Origin: a virus | Lineage: Duplodnaviria > Caudoviricetes | DNA length: 56,120 nucleotides | Direction: 5' to 3' (one strand) | IMG/VR virus record: IMGVR_UViG_3300021376_000071 | Location: 1 to 56,120 of that record | Shown: one piece after another, positions 8,557 through 19,168 of the stretch | Layout: the number at the start of each line of letters is the position of its first letter | How positions within the stretch are numbered: position 1 is the stretch's first letter | Notes under the pieces: generated by a model | What the model saw: only the letters and a program-made list of their open reading frames with translations | Databases searched by the model: none | What the model was told of the DNA's origin: nothing | Translations under genes and position numbers: made by a program

Positions 8557-9809
8557 TATGCTTTCCATTTCTTTGATGACAAGGTGTAGCCACTTTTAGT
8601 TTGATTAAAGGTGTTTGTTTTAGTGTTTAATCTTGCTGGTTTAGGACGAGATATAGACGCTTTTCCTACTTTAGACAAGTTTAAAACAGGTTTGTTTACA
8701 GAGTTTCTAGGTTGTTGTTCAACGTTATTCCCTCTTCCGTCGGACAAAACAACTCCATCAGAATGATAAACCCCGTCCCTAGAAAAGGTATGAGTAACTG
8801 AACTAACCATCCAATACCCATCAACAACTTCGTCTACACCCTCTACTTCAACCATGTTATAAGGTTTAATTCGTGGGTCACCTTGAGCAAAAAAGGTTGC
8901 AGGTATTGAAAATCTTGCTCTTTCTGCTTTTGCTTTTGTTGCACTTTCAGCAACAAGTTTGCTGTTAGCAACATCAAGACTAGAGTTATCATCAAAAAGA
9001 ACTTGAGCGGGGTTTTTTCTAACCTTGCCTTTGGGGGTTGCTGTTGCATAAAACGTTCTTGGTTTTACAGGGTCAACAGCACTTATATGCTTTTTACCTC
9101 TAAGCGGTTGGTCTGAGTTTTCAATTAAATCACCGAGAACTGGCTCAAACTTATCTAAAGTTCTTTCTGTCCAAGAGTAAAATGGAGGGATAAACTCTTC
9201 AGTAAAACTTAATAAAGGTATAGAACCAAAGTTACGTTTTATGGTTTCGTCTACTGATAAAAAGTAAATAGTGGCATTTTCTTCCCAACAAAAATAACCA
9301 ACTTTAAAGGCTAGTTCTTGAAGCATTTCCCAATATGACAAACCATACTGAGAGATTTGACTAAATCGTGTTGAATGGGGGGTAGTAACTGCTTTAAGTT
9401 TAGTTTTTTTTGCAATGTCTTTTACAATCTCATCTGCTGTTTTGTTTATCCAAAGGTTTGATTTGATGTCTTTTAAAGGTAACGATGCCCCAATACAGCG
9501 AATTTCAATCTCGTGATTTACTTGTGCAGCACGAGTTCTTTTGTAAGACATTACATATCCTTTAAAATTACCTGTTGCTTTGTTGTTATTTTTCCAAGTA
9601 ACAGAAACAGGAGTTCCAGTTTTTAATGCTTTATGAAAAAAATCCGTTTGTTGAGTATAGCGAAGAATAAGAATGTCATGGCTTCTTTCCTCTTGTTTTA
9701 AGACAACTTGAGACGGAGACAGAGGAAAGTTTGGAAATTCAGGAAAAGAAACGGTGTAGGTTGTGTTAAACCGTGATTGGACTCCTTCTTCTACGTTATT
9801 AAGCAACAT
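8556..9809 (-). CDS. baseplate hub (gpD/gp27/VgrG-like)
   Basis: FKGYV..CIG..SQYGLSYWEMLQELA..GDPRIKP..DGYWMVSSVTH. Confidence 0.85.
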   Translation of the reverse strand: MLLNNVEEGVQSRFNTTYTVSFPEFPNFPLSPSQVVLKQEERSHDILILRYTQQTDFFHKALKTGTPVSVTWKNNNKATGNFKGYVMSYKRTRAAQVNHEIEIRCIGASLPLKDIKSNLWINKTADEIVKDIAKKTKLKAVTTPHSTRFSQISQYGLSYWEMLQELAFKVGYFCWEENATIYFLSVDETIKRNFGSIPLLSFTEEFIPPFYSWTERTLDKFEPVLGDLIENSDQPLRGKKHISAVDPVKPRTFYATATPKGKVRKNPAQVLFDDNSSLDVANSKLVAESATKAKAERARFSIPATFFAQGDPRIKPYNMVEVEGVDEVVDGYWMVSSVTHTFSRDGVYHSDGVVLSDGRGNNVEQQPRNSVNKPVLNLSKVGKASISRPKPARLNTKTNTFNQTKSGYTLSSKKWKA

Positions 9810-10077
9810 TTGGAATCCTTAAAATTGTTCCAGGCTCAATTTCCATTGGGTTTTGAATTTCTGGATTAAAGTCCATAATTTTCCACCAATACGTTGAGTC
9901 TCCAAAAAATCTACTAGCAACTATGTCAATTCGGTCAGTTTCTACCCATTCGTAAAAAGCAACCTCGGAAATAAGTTCAGGAAATTGACGCATTACAGTT
10001 AAGTCGTATTGTTTTTTTAATGGGTTGTAGGCTTTAAAAATGTTGCCATCTGCGTAACGACTATCTAGAAAAATCAC
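9799..10077 (-). CDS. LysM-like tail X/baseplate protein
   Basis: DRIDIVASRFFGDSTYWWKIMDFNP..GTILRIP. Confidence 0.88.
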   Translation of the reverse strand: MIFLDSRYADGNIFKAYNPLKKQYDLTVMRQFPELISEVAFYEWVETDRIDIVASRFFGDSTYWWKIMDFNPEIQNPMEIEPGTILRIPNVA

Positions 10078-11336
10078 GATTTCTTTCCTTTCGGAGCAAT
10101 GGCATCAAAGAAACGAGAGCCTTGAACGCTTACAACGGACAAGGTAGGGACCATTCGTTCATTAAATAAAATGTGATTAACGTTGATGTTATTTATAGAC
10201 ACCAAATATCTCAAACCATCGCCTAAATGAACCTCTACAGGAACACGAGCAATCCACCCAATATCTGCAGTTTTCCTTCCGCGAAAATCGCTATCTACGT
10301 CATTCATACCACCATGTATAGACCTAAAGAAATACTCTAGGTCATACATGGTTCCTTTTTTGTAAATTTTAGCAAGTTCACCTGCAGAAACTGTTTCTGG
10401 GTACAAATCTCCAGATGGCAAAGCAGAACGTAAAGAGCCTGTTTGTGAGTTTTTTATTGTTATAGACCCGTCTTTTTGAAGAAAACTTAAGTCTTCAATT
10501 CTGTTTAAATAAAGTTCAAAACTAATTCCGCCAACGTTAAGTGGAGTTACTGGATTAAAATTAGTCATGTCTTCTCTCATTAATTCAGGAGAGTTTCTGT
10601 CCATCGCTCCGTATTGCAAAACAACGCTGGTAGGATTGTAATGGAATCTAAAACCGTAAGAGTTAGTGTCTAAAGTTCCTTTAGAGTTTAGTTTACTTTT
10701 TAAAAACCTTGCTGTTTGGTTATACATCTGTATAACGCCACGATTTGCGTCTTTGCCTGTGAAAGTTTCTTTTAAAGCGTCTGTAATAGAACTAGGTAAA
10801 TGTTTTCCGTGAGTAGTCAAACGAGTTTGAATACCGTTACTAGTAAAGTAAGCGGATTTTGCAGCAGGAGCATTGTAAATATAGTCTTGTAATCGACCTG
10901 CATTAGAAGTAGGGTTAACTACACCAGCGGCTGAAGCCCTTTCCTTTTTATTAAGAAGTACGGTAGAAGTTTGGGCTGTTATGTCAGTTAGTTTAGTAAT
11001 AACAGTTCCTACTGCAGAAGATTCACTTTTAAGTATCGACACGTTTCTTGCTGCTTGATTTTTTTCGTTAGTTAAAGACTTTGCTTTTTCTTCTGCACGT
11101 TTCCAGTTTGATTGTTTAGTGGCATTGGATTGGTCTGCTAGGTAAATGTCAAACTTTCTAGCCATGTCATCGTTTGCCAATTTAAGGTTCTTTTCAGCAA
11201 GAGTCAATCGTTTTGTAGCATCGGTCAACGACTTTTGAAGAGTTTCGCTTCTTTTTTTAAACGCTCTGCGTTGAGACTCAGCATAAGCAAAATCTGTAAG
11301 AGCCTTATCGTAATTAATTTGAATTCTACCTGCCAT
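10074..11336 (-). CDS. tail tube initiator / baseplate tube protein with N-terminal coiled coil
   Basis: FRFHYNPTSV..GTMYDLEYF..VNHILFNERMVP; lies between the tape measure and LysM genes. Confidence 0.7.
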   Translation of the reverse strand: MAGRIQINYDKALTDFAYAESQRRAFKKRSETLQKSLTDATKRLTLAEKNLKLANDDMARKFDIYLADQSNATKQSNWKRAEEKAKSLTNEKNQAARNVSILKSESSAVGTVITKLTDITAQTSTVLLNKKERASAAGVVNPTSNAGRLQDYIYNAPAAKSAYFTSNGIQTRLTTHGKHLPSSITDALKETFTGKDANRGVIQMYNQTARFLKSKLNSKGTLDTNSYGFRFHYNPTSVVLQYGAMDRNSPELMREDMTNFNPVTPLNVGGISFELYLNRIEDLSFLQKDGSITIKNSQTGSLRSALPSGDLYPETVSAGELAKIYKKGTMYDLEYFFRSIHGGMNDVDSDFRGRKTADIGWIARVPVEVHLGDGLRYLVSINNINVNHILFNERMVPTLSVVSVQGSRFFDAIAPKGKKS

Positions 11337-14068
11337 TACATTCTACCCATCGTTCTCATAGATGCGTCTTTTTCAAGTTCAGCCTTAACTATACGAACCA
11401 GTTGCATTGCTTCTGCTTCTGAAGCCTTTTGAAAAGTAGCGTAAACATTTACAGTTGCTCCACTAGACGAACTTCCAGACATAGAAGGAGTTGCTACCCC
11501 AAGACTTGAAGGACCACCTTGTGGAAACTTGTAAGGATTTGCTCCAGTTTTTCCAGTCATCCAAGCAGAGTTATTAACTGCTGAAAGAATAGAGTCAGTT
11601 GAAGCACCGCTCTTTAACGCATTAACAATTGCTGTGTAACCACGTTGGTCTGCTTGATTTCCAGTAAGGGTTCCAATCGTTGCTGCATATCCGTCTTCCC
11701 ATGAAGCATAAGATTTAACACCAACACTGTTCATGCTAGGGGCATTGTTTAAACTATAAGTTGTGTTTAAAGGGTTATAGTTAGCACTGTTTTTCCAGTG
11801 TCCACCTTCAAATCGTGCCCATGTAGTAAGAGCAGCAATTGCACTCTCTGTAACAGGAGCACCAAGTCTATTTAGTAGACCTGTAGCCCACTCTTTTTCA
11901 CTACCAGTTCCAAGTATTGCCTTGTAAGTTCCAGACTTAGTTGCTTTGTCTGCTGGCATGAAGGTTCCGTTAGGACCTACTAATCCACCTGATTTAATTA
12001 AGGACTCTGTGCTTCCTGAACCATAAACCGAAGAAAGGTTAACTTCTTTACTTGAAAGACCTGAGGTTTGAATTTCTAAAGCAGTTCCACTAAACAGTTG
12101 GCTTAAAACGTTATCGTTCTTAAGAAGTTCTTTTGGATTTACTGGGTTGTTTTTTCCACGACGTACTTCAAAGTGAAGGTGTGGTCCATCTACGTTTCCA
12201 GTGTCACCAGACTTACCAATTATCTGACCTTTTTTAACATTGTCACCAGTACGAACTAAGACCTCTGAAAGGTGACCATAAAGAGTTTGATAGCCATTAC
12301 CGTGGTCAATCTGTACTGTTTTTCCATAAGCCTGACCAGGGTTATCGTTGTAAACAACTCCGTCTAATGCTGCAACAACTGGAGTTCCAATTGCACATGG
12401 GTAGTCATCACCAGTGTGAGAGCCCTTCCACATTTTTCCTTCAGCACCGTAAGGAGTTCCAACAGCACCGCCCATAATTGGAGAAATTGCTCCAGTGCCA
12501 ACAGTCCCGCTTCCAAATGAACCGCCCATTGGAACTTGGTTACCGCCACCAGAACCACCGCCACCTAAAAGATAGCCACCCATATAAGTTGCTCCGCCAA
12601 CAACTCCACCAATAAGTGCTCCAGGAACAGCACCAATTCCATAAGCAGGTGCACCAATTACCGCTCCAGTTGCAGCACCTCCTCCAATAGAAGTTAAAAG
12701 TCCTGCTTTGTTTATTCCACTGCCATCTTTTCTATCAAAGAAACCACTAGCACCACCTAACACAAGACCTAAGCCAGGAATAAAACGACCTGCTCCTTTT
12801 GACATAAACTTTCCAGCAGTAGCAAGTCCTCCTTTACCAAGAATTGCTCTACCAGCAAGTGCTGTAAGTGCAACGTCTTTGATTCCACCAAGAATAGAAC
12901 CTGCAGCAACTCCAAGACCAGAACCAGCACGGCTTTGTCCAAGACCCCCAACAAATCCAGCAAACTTTCCTAGTTCATCTGCTGCTCCTTGCAACATTGA
13001 ATTAAAGTTTTCAACAACAGTAGCAGCACCACTCATGCCTTCTAACATTGGCTTTACGTAAGCGTTTAACGTCTCTACATCAGACTGGACTATTCTTTTC
13101 TGTGCTTCAAGAGGGTTTCCGCTAACTCCTAATTTTGCAAAATCAGATTCTTTGCCACCAGCCTTTTGAATCATGAACTGGAAGAACATTTGTTTTTGGT
13201 CTTCAGACATTCCTAAATCTTCAGCAGTTTGTCTAATAAATCCGCCTTGAATTGAGTTCATAGTTTGTTGCAGATTTGCTTGAGGACGACCCATAGTCAT
13301 ACGTTCGTATAGTTGTTGGAACACTTCGGTTCCACCTCTGAACTGACCAGTGTCGTTGTTGAATGTGCTAATACCTGCAGCGTATAAACGAGCACTCATT
13401 GGTCCTTGTGTAAGACCAGATAACCCTAGTGCTGAGTTTTCATTAGCCATATTCATGTAACGAGCAGCACCGCCAATTTCACCAAGAAGCGTTCTGTACT
13501 GTGCACTTCCTGGCATTACACCACGAGAGGCAAGAATGGCTGCAGTTGCTGCAGGAGATTGTTCTCCTGTAATTCCAAGGCGACCAAGACCCTGCATGGT
13601 CATGTTGGTTATTTGTTGATAGCCCAGACCACTAGCACGAAGCGATGCTCCATAGTAATTGGCAGAACTTGCCATAACAGACTGGATGTTTGGAACACCC
13701 ATGTACATGCCAGCAGCAACTCCTGCTGCTGCACTTAAACCTGCTTGTGCATACCCTAAGGCTTTATCGTTTACTGTAAATTTGCCTAAACCAAGGCGGT
13801 CATAGGTGGCTTGAGTACGACGAACAATGTCGTTATCAACGGTGTCTCCGCCAAATGAAACTTTTTCCATTTGTGGCATCATGCTGGTAGAACCAGAACT
13901 TAGCCCACGGTCTCCGCCACCCTTAGTTGCTCCACGGACAGCACCAGGAACCTTGCCAGCACCAGAGCCGATTGTTTTAATCGACTTTTCAATGCCAGCA
14001 AGTTTTTTTACGATGTCATCTAATTCCTTATTGGTCTTAGATAACGACTCGTTAATCTCACCTGCCAC
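11336..14068 (-). CDS. tape measure protein with M23 peptidase and lysozyme-like domains
   Basis: Ala/Gly-rich helical N-half; M23 motifs [19 protein letters not shown]; WARFEGG..YNPLNTT..VKSYASW glycosidase-like domain. Confidence 0.88.
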   Translation of the reverse strand: MAGEINESLSKTNKELDDIVKKLAGIEKSIKTIGSGAGKVPGAVRGATKGGGDRGLSSGSTSMMPQMEKVSFGGDTVDNDIVRRTQATYDRLGLGKFTVNDKALGYAQAGLSAAAGVAAGMYMGVPNIQSVMASSANYYGASLRASGLGYQQITNMTMQGLGRLGITGEQSPAATAAILASRGVMPGSAQYRTLLGEIGGAARYMNMANENSALGLSGLTQGPMSARLYAAGISTFNNDTGQFRGGTEVFQQLYERMTMGRPQANLQQTMNSIQGGFIRQTAEDLGMSEDQKQMFFQFMIQKAGGKESDFAKLGVSGNPLEAQKRIVQSDVETLNAYVKPMLEGMSGAATVVENFNSMLQGAADELGKFAGFVGGLGQSRAGSGLGVAAGSILGGIKDVALTALAGRAILGKGGLATAGKFMSKGAGRFIPGLGLVLGGASGFFDRKDGSGINKAGLLTSIGGGAATGAVIGAPAYGIGAVPGALIGGVVGGATYMGGYLLGGGGSGGGNQVPMGGSFGSGTVGTGAISPIMGGAVGTPYGAEGKMWKGSHTGDDYPCAIGTPVVAALDGVVYNDNPGQAYGKTVQIDHGNGYQTLYGHLSEVLVRTGDNVKKGQIIGKSGDTGNVDGPHLHFEVRRGKNNPVNPKELLKNDNVLSQLFSGTALEIQTSGLSSKEVNLSSVYGSGSTESLIKSGGLVGPNGTFMPADKATKSGTYKAILGTGSEKEWATGLLNRLGAPVTESAIAALTTWARFEGGHWKNSANYNPLNTTYSLNNAPSMNSVGVKSYASWEDGYAATIGTLTGNQADQRGYTAIVNALKSGASTDSILSAVNNSAWMTGKTGANPYKFPQGGPSSLGVATPSMSGSSSSGATVNVYATFQKASEAEAMQLVRIVKAELEKDASMRTMGRM

Positions 14069-14076
14069 GTAAACTC

Positions 14077-14226
14077 CTAATAGCCTTCTTTAGCAATTTC
14101 AATCCAGTTACGTCTTTCTCTTACCGAAAGTTCTTTAATCTCAGTAAGAGTCCAACCTGGATGTCTGTCAGATAACGCCATGAACTCAGCCAGTAGCGTT
14201 GAGTAGTCCGTAGTATTAGAAACGAA
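14077..14226 (-). CDS. second tail-assembly-chaperone segment (T4 gp51/DUF6760-like), probably expressed by +1 frameshift from the upstream gene
   Basis: Manual translation of the +1 frame: [49 protein letters not shown]; fills the gap before the tape measure gene. Confidence 0.7.
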   Translation of the reverse strand, partial: FVSNTTDYSTLLAEFMALSDRHPGWTLTEIKELSVRERRNWIEIAKEGY

Positions 14227-15037
14227 ATAAGGTTCCCAGGTTTGCTGGGACACTTACCTCACTTTCGCAGTCGGGACAACTACCTATTACGTCTTCAAAT
14301 AGTGGACCAAAGTTACGTTTATTAATTTGTTCCGCAATCTTGCGACGGTCGGTAATGCCAAGGTTTTGAACCTGTGCTTTACCTATTACGTCCGTATCGT
14401 CAATAGTCAGGACGCAGTTTTCTAACAAGATAGTGGTTAACTCTGCAACGCTTTTATCTACATTGCTTACAAGGTCTTTTTGAGTATGGCCTGTTGGAAG
14501 AACGACCGTGCACTTGCCTACCTTGCAGTCAACATTGAATCGGCGTTCTTTTGGATTGAGCATTGGGCGAACTTTTATGTCTTTATCAATGTCTATCTCA
14601 ATCGTTTTTAACTCAGCACACTTGTTACAGATGCCTTGCAAATTTGCTTTGTTTCCAAAAGTTGCTCTGTAAATAGCAAGCATTAAGAAGTCTCTGTCAC
14701 CAGCAAGGAGAGAATCAAGCATTTCTTCTGTTGCTTTTTCGTCTCCGATTCGAACAACACCACGGTCAAGAATTGAAAGCAATGCTTTGCCTACCGAAGT
14801 AGAACGAGAGATTGCCTCTTCATCTTTGCCGTTTAGTTCTCTAACTTCGACCTCTTTAATGATTTCCCCAGCGGGACTTACGTACCCGCCAGGAATAATC
14901 ACGACAGTGTCAGAAGGAGGCATAATTGTCACTGGCTTTTGCTCAACTTTATCGTTGGCAACAACCTGAGCAATCATGCTGTTAACTAGTTCGGGATTGT
15001 CAGCCGCTTTAACAGTTTGGTCTGTTTTTGTAGTCAA
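14216..15037 (-). CDS. tail assembly chaperone / baseplate hub assembly protein (T4 gp26-like)
   Basis: EVRELNGKDEE..LLAGDRDFLMLAIYRATFG, two CxxC pairs; lies between the tube and tape measure genes. Confidence 0.8.
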   Translation of the reverse strand: MTTKTDQTVKAADNPELVNSMIAQVVANDKVEQKPVTIMPPSDTVVIIPGGYVSPAGEIIKEVEVRELNGKDEEAISRSTSVGKALLSILDRGVVRIGDEKATEEMLDSLLAGDRDFLMLAIYRATFGNKANLQGICNKCAELKTIEIDIDKDIKVRPMLNPKERRFNVDCKVGKCTVVLPTGHTQKDLVSNVDKSVAELTTILLENCVLTIDDTDVIGKAQVQNLGITDRRKIAEQINKRNFGPLFEDVIGSCPDCESEVSVPANLGTLFRF

Positions 15038-15056
15038 TTTGTATTCCTATTCTTTG

Positions 15057-15683
15057 TTAGTTTCCGCCTGTAGTACCAATTTCAGGGGCTGCTGTGAAGG
15101 TCTTACCATCACTTGAGAATGAACCCCATGAGCAATCAAAACCTTCATGAACGAGAGTCATTTGCTCTACGAACAATGAATTGTCTCCAGCGTTTAGGTC
15201 AGAGTAAGCAACTGCTGTAGGCCATGCGTTATAAACTTTAAACTGCATTGCTACGTCATTTATTCCAGCCTTCGCTGCAGCATCAAGTTTTGGAATTGGA
15301 TGTGCCAAAATCTTGATTGTTACATCGCAACGGAAACCATCGGTAAGTCCACGTTGTGCACCACCCATGACGGTTGCGAACATATTACGCATCCAGTTCC
15401 ACTTCTCTTTCTTTCCAATTACAACACCATTTTGAAGTGTAATCGGTTGGAACGAGGTTTGACCAGGAATTTGGTGAACAGTGGTATTGAAGCCACCTTC
15501 ACGATAAGGAATCGAGTCTGTTGTTACCGCCAAGCCTGATACAGATGTGAAACCTAGAGTTGCCTTTGCAACTGCAATATCGGTCTTTGTTGTATCGGTT
15601 GCAGCAAACGAGACAAGAAACCGAAAATTACGAATCGGGTCGGTTACAAGGGTCGACCGATTCTTATAGACGATGTCAGCCAT
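15057..15683 (-). CDS. tail tube protein (T4 gp19-like)
   Basis: DPIRNFRF..GFTSVSGL..YREGG..PGQTSFQPITL..NAWP..EQMTLVHEG. Confidence 0.93.
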   Translation of the reverse strand: MADIVYKNRSTLVTDPIRNFRFLVSFAATDTTKTDIAVAKATLGFTSVSGLAVTTDSIPYREGGFNTTVHQIPGQTSFQPITLQNGVVIGKKEKWNWMRNMFATVMGGAQRGLTDGFRCDVTIKILAHPIPKLDAAAKAGINDVAMQFKVYNAWPTAVAYSDLNAGDNSLFVEQMTLVHEGFDCSWGSFSSDGKTFTAAPEIGTTGGN

Positions 15684-15702
15684 TTATTTTATGCCTTCTT
15701 TC

Positions 15703-17223
15703 TTAGTTTACTGTTTTCTGGCTTAGAGTGATGACAACAAATTCGGCTGGGTACTGTAGAGCAACACCAACTTCAATGTGTACTTCACCTTGGGCAATCA
15801 GATTGTCAGGGTTGTTTTCAGCATCGCACTTCACGAAGAAGGACTCTGCTGGTGATGCACCACGAAGACCGCCTTGATTTCGGTATTCATTTAAGAACGA
15901 AACTAGGACTCCGTTTATACGTTCCCAGAGTTTTTCGTCGTTGTTCTCAAATAGTGCAAACTGTGTTAAGTCTTCGCACTTTTTGCGAAGATAAATAAGC
16001 GAACGACGCATATTTACATACTTGTTCGCTGTACCGTCTTGCTTCAAAGTACGAGCACCCATTACTGAGATACCTGCACCTGGAAGTTGACGAATTGCGT
16101 TTACTGGAGCAGTTGCTCCGTTCAGGTCATCTAACTCTGTAGGTGTAAAGGTTTTTTCTGTTGAGATAGCACCTTGTACCACAGTACCAATACCTGCTGG
16201 AGCCTTAAAAGGACCAGTAGTTGCATCGGTGTTTAGATAGATACCAGCGATTGCACCAGAAGGTCCAATCTTACGAATTGATGATGCACCACGACCTACT
16301 GGGTCAGTAATGAAGTAGTGTGGGTAATACACAGCAGAGTGGCTATATCCAGAAATTGCAGCAGCGGTTTGAAGTGCTTGAGCAACTGTACGGGCTGCTG
16401 GAGTCTCTACAACAACGAAGTGTTTTCCACTTCCTGCTGCCCAAGGAATTGCTGTTGCATAGATAAGACCAGCAGTGTTAGCACCCATAAGCACATCAAG
16501 TGCTGGGAAGAAAACAACCAATGGTCTGTCGATTTTGTTGAACTCTGCAACGTATCCAGTTGAGTTGTCGTTAAAGTCTGCTTCAACGATTGTTCCACCG
16601 TTTGCTCCACCAGTTAATGGGAATACGGTTGTTGCTGGAGCGTTTACTGCATCAAGTACGGTTACACGGATGTGACCAGAGAGTGTATTGACTACAGTCT
16701 CTGCATAATCGCTTGATGTTACTGGAGTAAGAACGAGATTCTCATAAGATTCTAGAAGAACATCGTTTGTAATATCTGATGCGGTTCCTGTGACTCCCTC
16801 TTTGTAAACAGCGAGGTCATAGTAACCAGAACCAGCAGTTCCTGCGGATAACTTAACACGAAGGTTGTTTCCCTCTGTTCCTTTATCACGAGCATCAACT
16901 TTGATAACGTTTCCAACTCCTGATGCTCTTGTAATGGTAACACCTGCAGTAACTGCATCTGCTGGAAGCATACGCTTCACATAAAGTTCACGTCCTCCAT
17001 TTTGGAAGAACGCAGCAACCTGAAAGGTTGCTGGGTAGAGGGCGTTATACCCTCCAAAGTACTTGGTAAATTCATACCAAGTGTTAACAAGTGTTGCTGT
17101 GGTAGGTCCACTAGCAAAAGTGCCAACTACTGCTCCCGCCGCTGTTGCATTGCCTGTAACAGTAATAGGTGCAGCAAGTAGCCGTTCGCTCAGGTACACA
17201 CCTGGGCGTTTGTATACTGACAT
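15703..17223 (-). CDS. tail sheath protein
   Basis: YKRPGVY..FFQNGG..YYP..KAPAG..GARTL..YVNMRR..FENND..PAEFV. Confidence 0.96.
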   Translation of the reverse strand: MSVYKRPGVYLSERLLAAPITVTGNATAAGAVVGTFASGPTTATLVNTWYEFTKYFGGYNALYPATFQVAAFFQNGGRELYVKRMLPADAVTAGVTITRASGVGNVIKVDARDKGTEGNNLRVKLSAGTAGSGYYDLAVYKEGVTGTASDITNDVLLESYENLVLTPVTSSDYAETVVNTLSGHIRVTVLDAVNAPATTVFPLTGGANGGTIVEADFNDNSTGYVAEFNKIDRPLVVFFPALDVLMGANTAGLIYATAIPWAAGSGKHFVVVETPAARTVAQALQTAAAISGYSHSAVYYPHYFITDPVGRGASSIRKIGPSGAIAGIYLNTDATTGPFKAPAGIGTVVQGAISTEKTFTPTELDDLNGATAPVNAIRQLPGAGISVMGARTLKQDGTANKYVNMRRSLIYLRKKCEDLTQFALFENNDEKLWERINGVLVSFLNEYRNQGGLRGASPAESFFVKCDAENNPDNLIAQGEVHIEVGVALQYPAEFVVITLSQKTVN

Positions 17224-17241
17224 TCTTTTCTCCTAACTAAA

Positions 17242-17907
17242 TTAGTTTTGTCCAGTTTGTTGCGTAATTGTGAAACTACCGAGACCTGCATACTTACTGC
17301 GAGGGGTAAGAGGTCTCCCCGTGTTGTTAATTTTCTGCACCTTATAGAGTTCTTTATGGGCTGCTTGTGAGATTTCGGATGAAACTCTCACAGTTATTGC
17401 GTTAACGAAGAGACGTTTAGATGCCTCAACGGTATCGCGTTTAGCAACATCCAACACATCAAGACGACGAACTGTGTCATCGGCTTCAGGAAGGATGGAG
17501 CCAAACCTGAGCGGGAGTCTTGTAAACAAGAGTTCGCTCAAAATCTGTCGGTCGTGTCGTGGATTACGAGCATAAATCGTAATTTGATAGTCGATATTAA
17601 TTGGAATTGGCATATCAACTTTAAACCCTTTATTACTTGGAACAGAAGTAGGACGTAGATACGCACTTTCTCTTGTTCCATCAAGTACGCCTCGCATAGC
17701 ACGAGCACGGTCTTCTAGAACATCAATCATGTCAATGGTGATGTATGGGTAGTTCTGGTCGCGTAGTTCTTGGTCAGGCATACCAAACCAAACTCCTACA
17801 GGACGTGGAGTTGCTTCTTCGTTTGCTTTCTGGTCAAAGACAGTAATGCCTTTGAGCAAGTCTCTAAGGGCTTTGTCTTCTGCTAAGAACAATGCTCCTA
17901 CGGTCAT
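17242..17907 (-). CDS. tail terminator / neck protein (Pvc16/gp15-like)
   Basis: YPYITID..PINIDYQITIYAR; immediately upstream of the sheath gene. Confidence 0.7.
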   Translation of the reverse strand: MTVGALFLAEDKALRDLLKGITVFDQKANEEATPRPVGVWFGMPDQELRDQNYPYITIDMIDVLEDRARAMRGVLDGTRESAYLRPTSVPSNKGFKVDMPIPINIDYQITIYARNPRHDRQILSELLFTRLPLRFGSILPEADDTVRRLDVLDVAKRDTVEASKRLFVNAITVRVSSEISQAAHKELYKVQKINNTGRPLTPRSKYAGLGSFTITQQTGQN

Positions 17908-18221
17908 ACTGCACCACCTAACAATCCTTTTGCTCTCTTCAACAAGAAACTTTCTGCAGTTTCTGGTCTATTAGCAAAACGACGGATAGCAGCGGTTGGT
18001 TGAGTGTTAGGGGTTCCGTACTCTAGATTTGAAATTTCTTCTTTAATATCCTCTGGGATATTAACTTTGAACTCGTTATTTACATAACGGACAGAGAGAC
18101 GATTAGCCAATGATGGGCTCCAGCCACTTGCTACGCACTCTTTGCGTAACTGGGCAGTCATGACTACTGCTGTGTCTTTTGCTGCCTGACGTGCTACCTG
18201 AGTTAAGTTAGCGGTCTTCAC
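17904..18221 (-). CDS. putative neck/tail-completion protein (HK97 gp10-like)
   Basis: LEYGT..P..AIRRF motif; position in the neck region. Confidence 0.6.
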   Translation of the reverse strand: MKTANLTQVARQAAKDTAVVMTAQLRKECVASGWSPSLANRLSVRYVNNEFKVNIPEDIKEEISNLEYGTPNTQPTAAIRRFANRPETAESFLLKRAKGLLGGAV

Positions 18222-18399
18222 GTCGTGACTTCTTCTTCATCGCTTTAGAAAGGGCTTGCTGACCAAAATAACCAGCGAGTAACCCAATTAAAAAAGTATG
18301 CTGACTGTTCGGTCGTATGCCGTACATACCTTTGATGAATTCGTCACGTTCATGTGCAGAGTGCATATCAGCAACCTGCTCATACCATGGGGTAGACAC
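18208..18399 (-). CDS. hypothetical protein
   Basis: GTG start preceded by AGGAGG; one short hydrophobic stretch and a basic tail. Confidence 0.6.
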   Translation of the reverse strand: MSTPWYEQVADMHSAHERDEFIKGMYGIRPNSQHTFLIGLLAGYFGQQALSKAMKKKSRREDR

Positions 18400-18481
18400 G
18401 CAAAAACCTCCTAGAGGTGAGCAAAACAATCAGCAAGTACTACAGTAAAAATCCGCATGACTTTTACTGCTCACAAGAATA

Positions 18482-18508
18482 AAGCCCCCGAAGTTAATTC
18501 GGGGGCTT
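18482..18508. terminator. intrinsic terminator hairpin
   Basis: Perfect inverted repeat AAGCCCCCGAA-gttaa-TTCGGGGGCTT, downstream of the small basic ORF cluster; U-rich tail on the minus strand. Confidence 0.75.
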
Positions 18509-18566
18509 AACTATCATTTCTTTTTACGCCATTATTACCCTCACGGGCTTGATGGGGGCTTTTCTA

Positions 18567-18716
18567 TTACTTCTTTTTCTTTCCTTTGGACTTAGAGGAC
18601 TTAGAGGACTTGGACTTCTTGCCTTTGCCCTTCTTTGCAAATTTACGGTTTGCAGCAGCAAGAGTCTTCATTCCGTGCTTGTTGTTAGGTTGCATACATC
18701 CACATGTTGCACACAT
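18567..18716 (-). CDS. tiny Lys-rich protein with N-terminal CxxCxC
   Basis: Manual: MCATCGCMQPNNKHGMKTLAAANRKFAKKGKGKKSKSSKSSKSKGKKKK; AGGAG RBS. Confidence 0.7.
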   Translation of the reverse strand: MCATCGCMQPNNKHGMKTLAAANRKFAKKGKGKKSKSSKSSKSKGKKKK

Positions 18717-18725
18717 GTCTTTCTC

Positions 18726-18962
18726 CTATCTATGTCTTGCCGTTTTTTTGGCAATGTCTTTGGGTTGCTTTACGAACTGCTTTCCTTCTTTGTTACCTTT
18801 GGCTTTGGCACGATTAGTGGCAGCCTTCTCGCCAGGGGTTAAAGAATCCCAGGCTTTTTCTGGAAGGTAACGCTTTTTGCCTTTTGATGGCTTACCGTCA
18901 GAAGTTTTCCACTTCTGTGCAGTCCACTTCTTTAAAGACTCTTGCGACTTTTTTACAGCCAT
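18726..18962 (-). CDS. small basic protein (DUF5872-like C-terminal half)
   Basis: QESLKKWTAQKW..RYLPEKAWDSLTPGEKAATNRAK. Confidence 0.7.
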   Translation of the reverse strand: MAVKKSQESLKKWTAQKWKTSDGKPSKGKKRYLPEKAWDSLTPGEKAATNRAKAKGNKEGKQFVKQPKDIAKKTARHR

Positions 18963-19168
18963 TAGTCTTTGTAACCTCCACCCTTCTTCTTGTATTCAGA
19001 TGCAAGAAGTTGAGCCTTACGTGCAGACCATTCTCCTGGGTCTCCACCTTTTGTACCTGCTTTAATCTTGTTGAACAAAGCCTTACGCATACCAGGCTTG
19101 GTGTAGTTACCTGCCTCGTTTACTTTGGACTTTGATGCTTTTTTAACGGGCTTCTTTTTGGCTGCCAT
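18962..19168 (-). CDS. small basic protein (DUF5872-like N-terminal half)
   Basis: YTKPGMR..GGDPGEWSARKAQLLASEYKKKGGGY. Confidence 0.7.
   Translation of the reverse strand: MAAKKKPVKKASKSKVNEAGNYTKPGMRKALFNKIKAGTKGGDPGEWSARKAQLLASEYKKKGGGYKD

Noticed and set aside
860-17907. Extracellular contractile injection system/tailocin
   Set aside because: The tail genes resemble eCIS components, but terminase, portal, scaffold and capsid genes are in the same arm, so this is a phage.
18430-18566. tRNA or other structured RNA in the intergenic gap
   Set aside because: Only simple hairpins are visible, with no cloverleaf or T-loop consensus. No tRNA was recognised anywhere in the window by eye.
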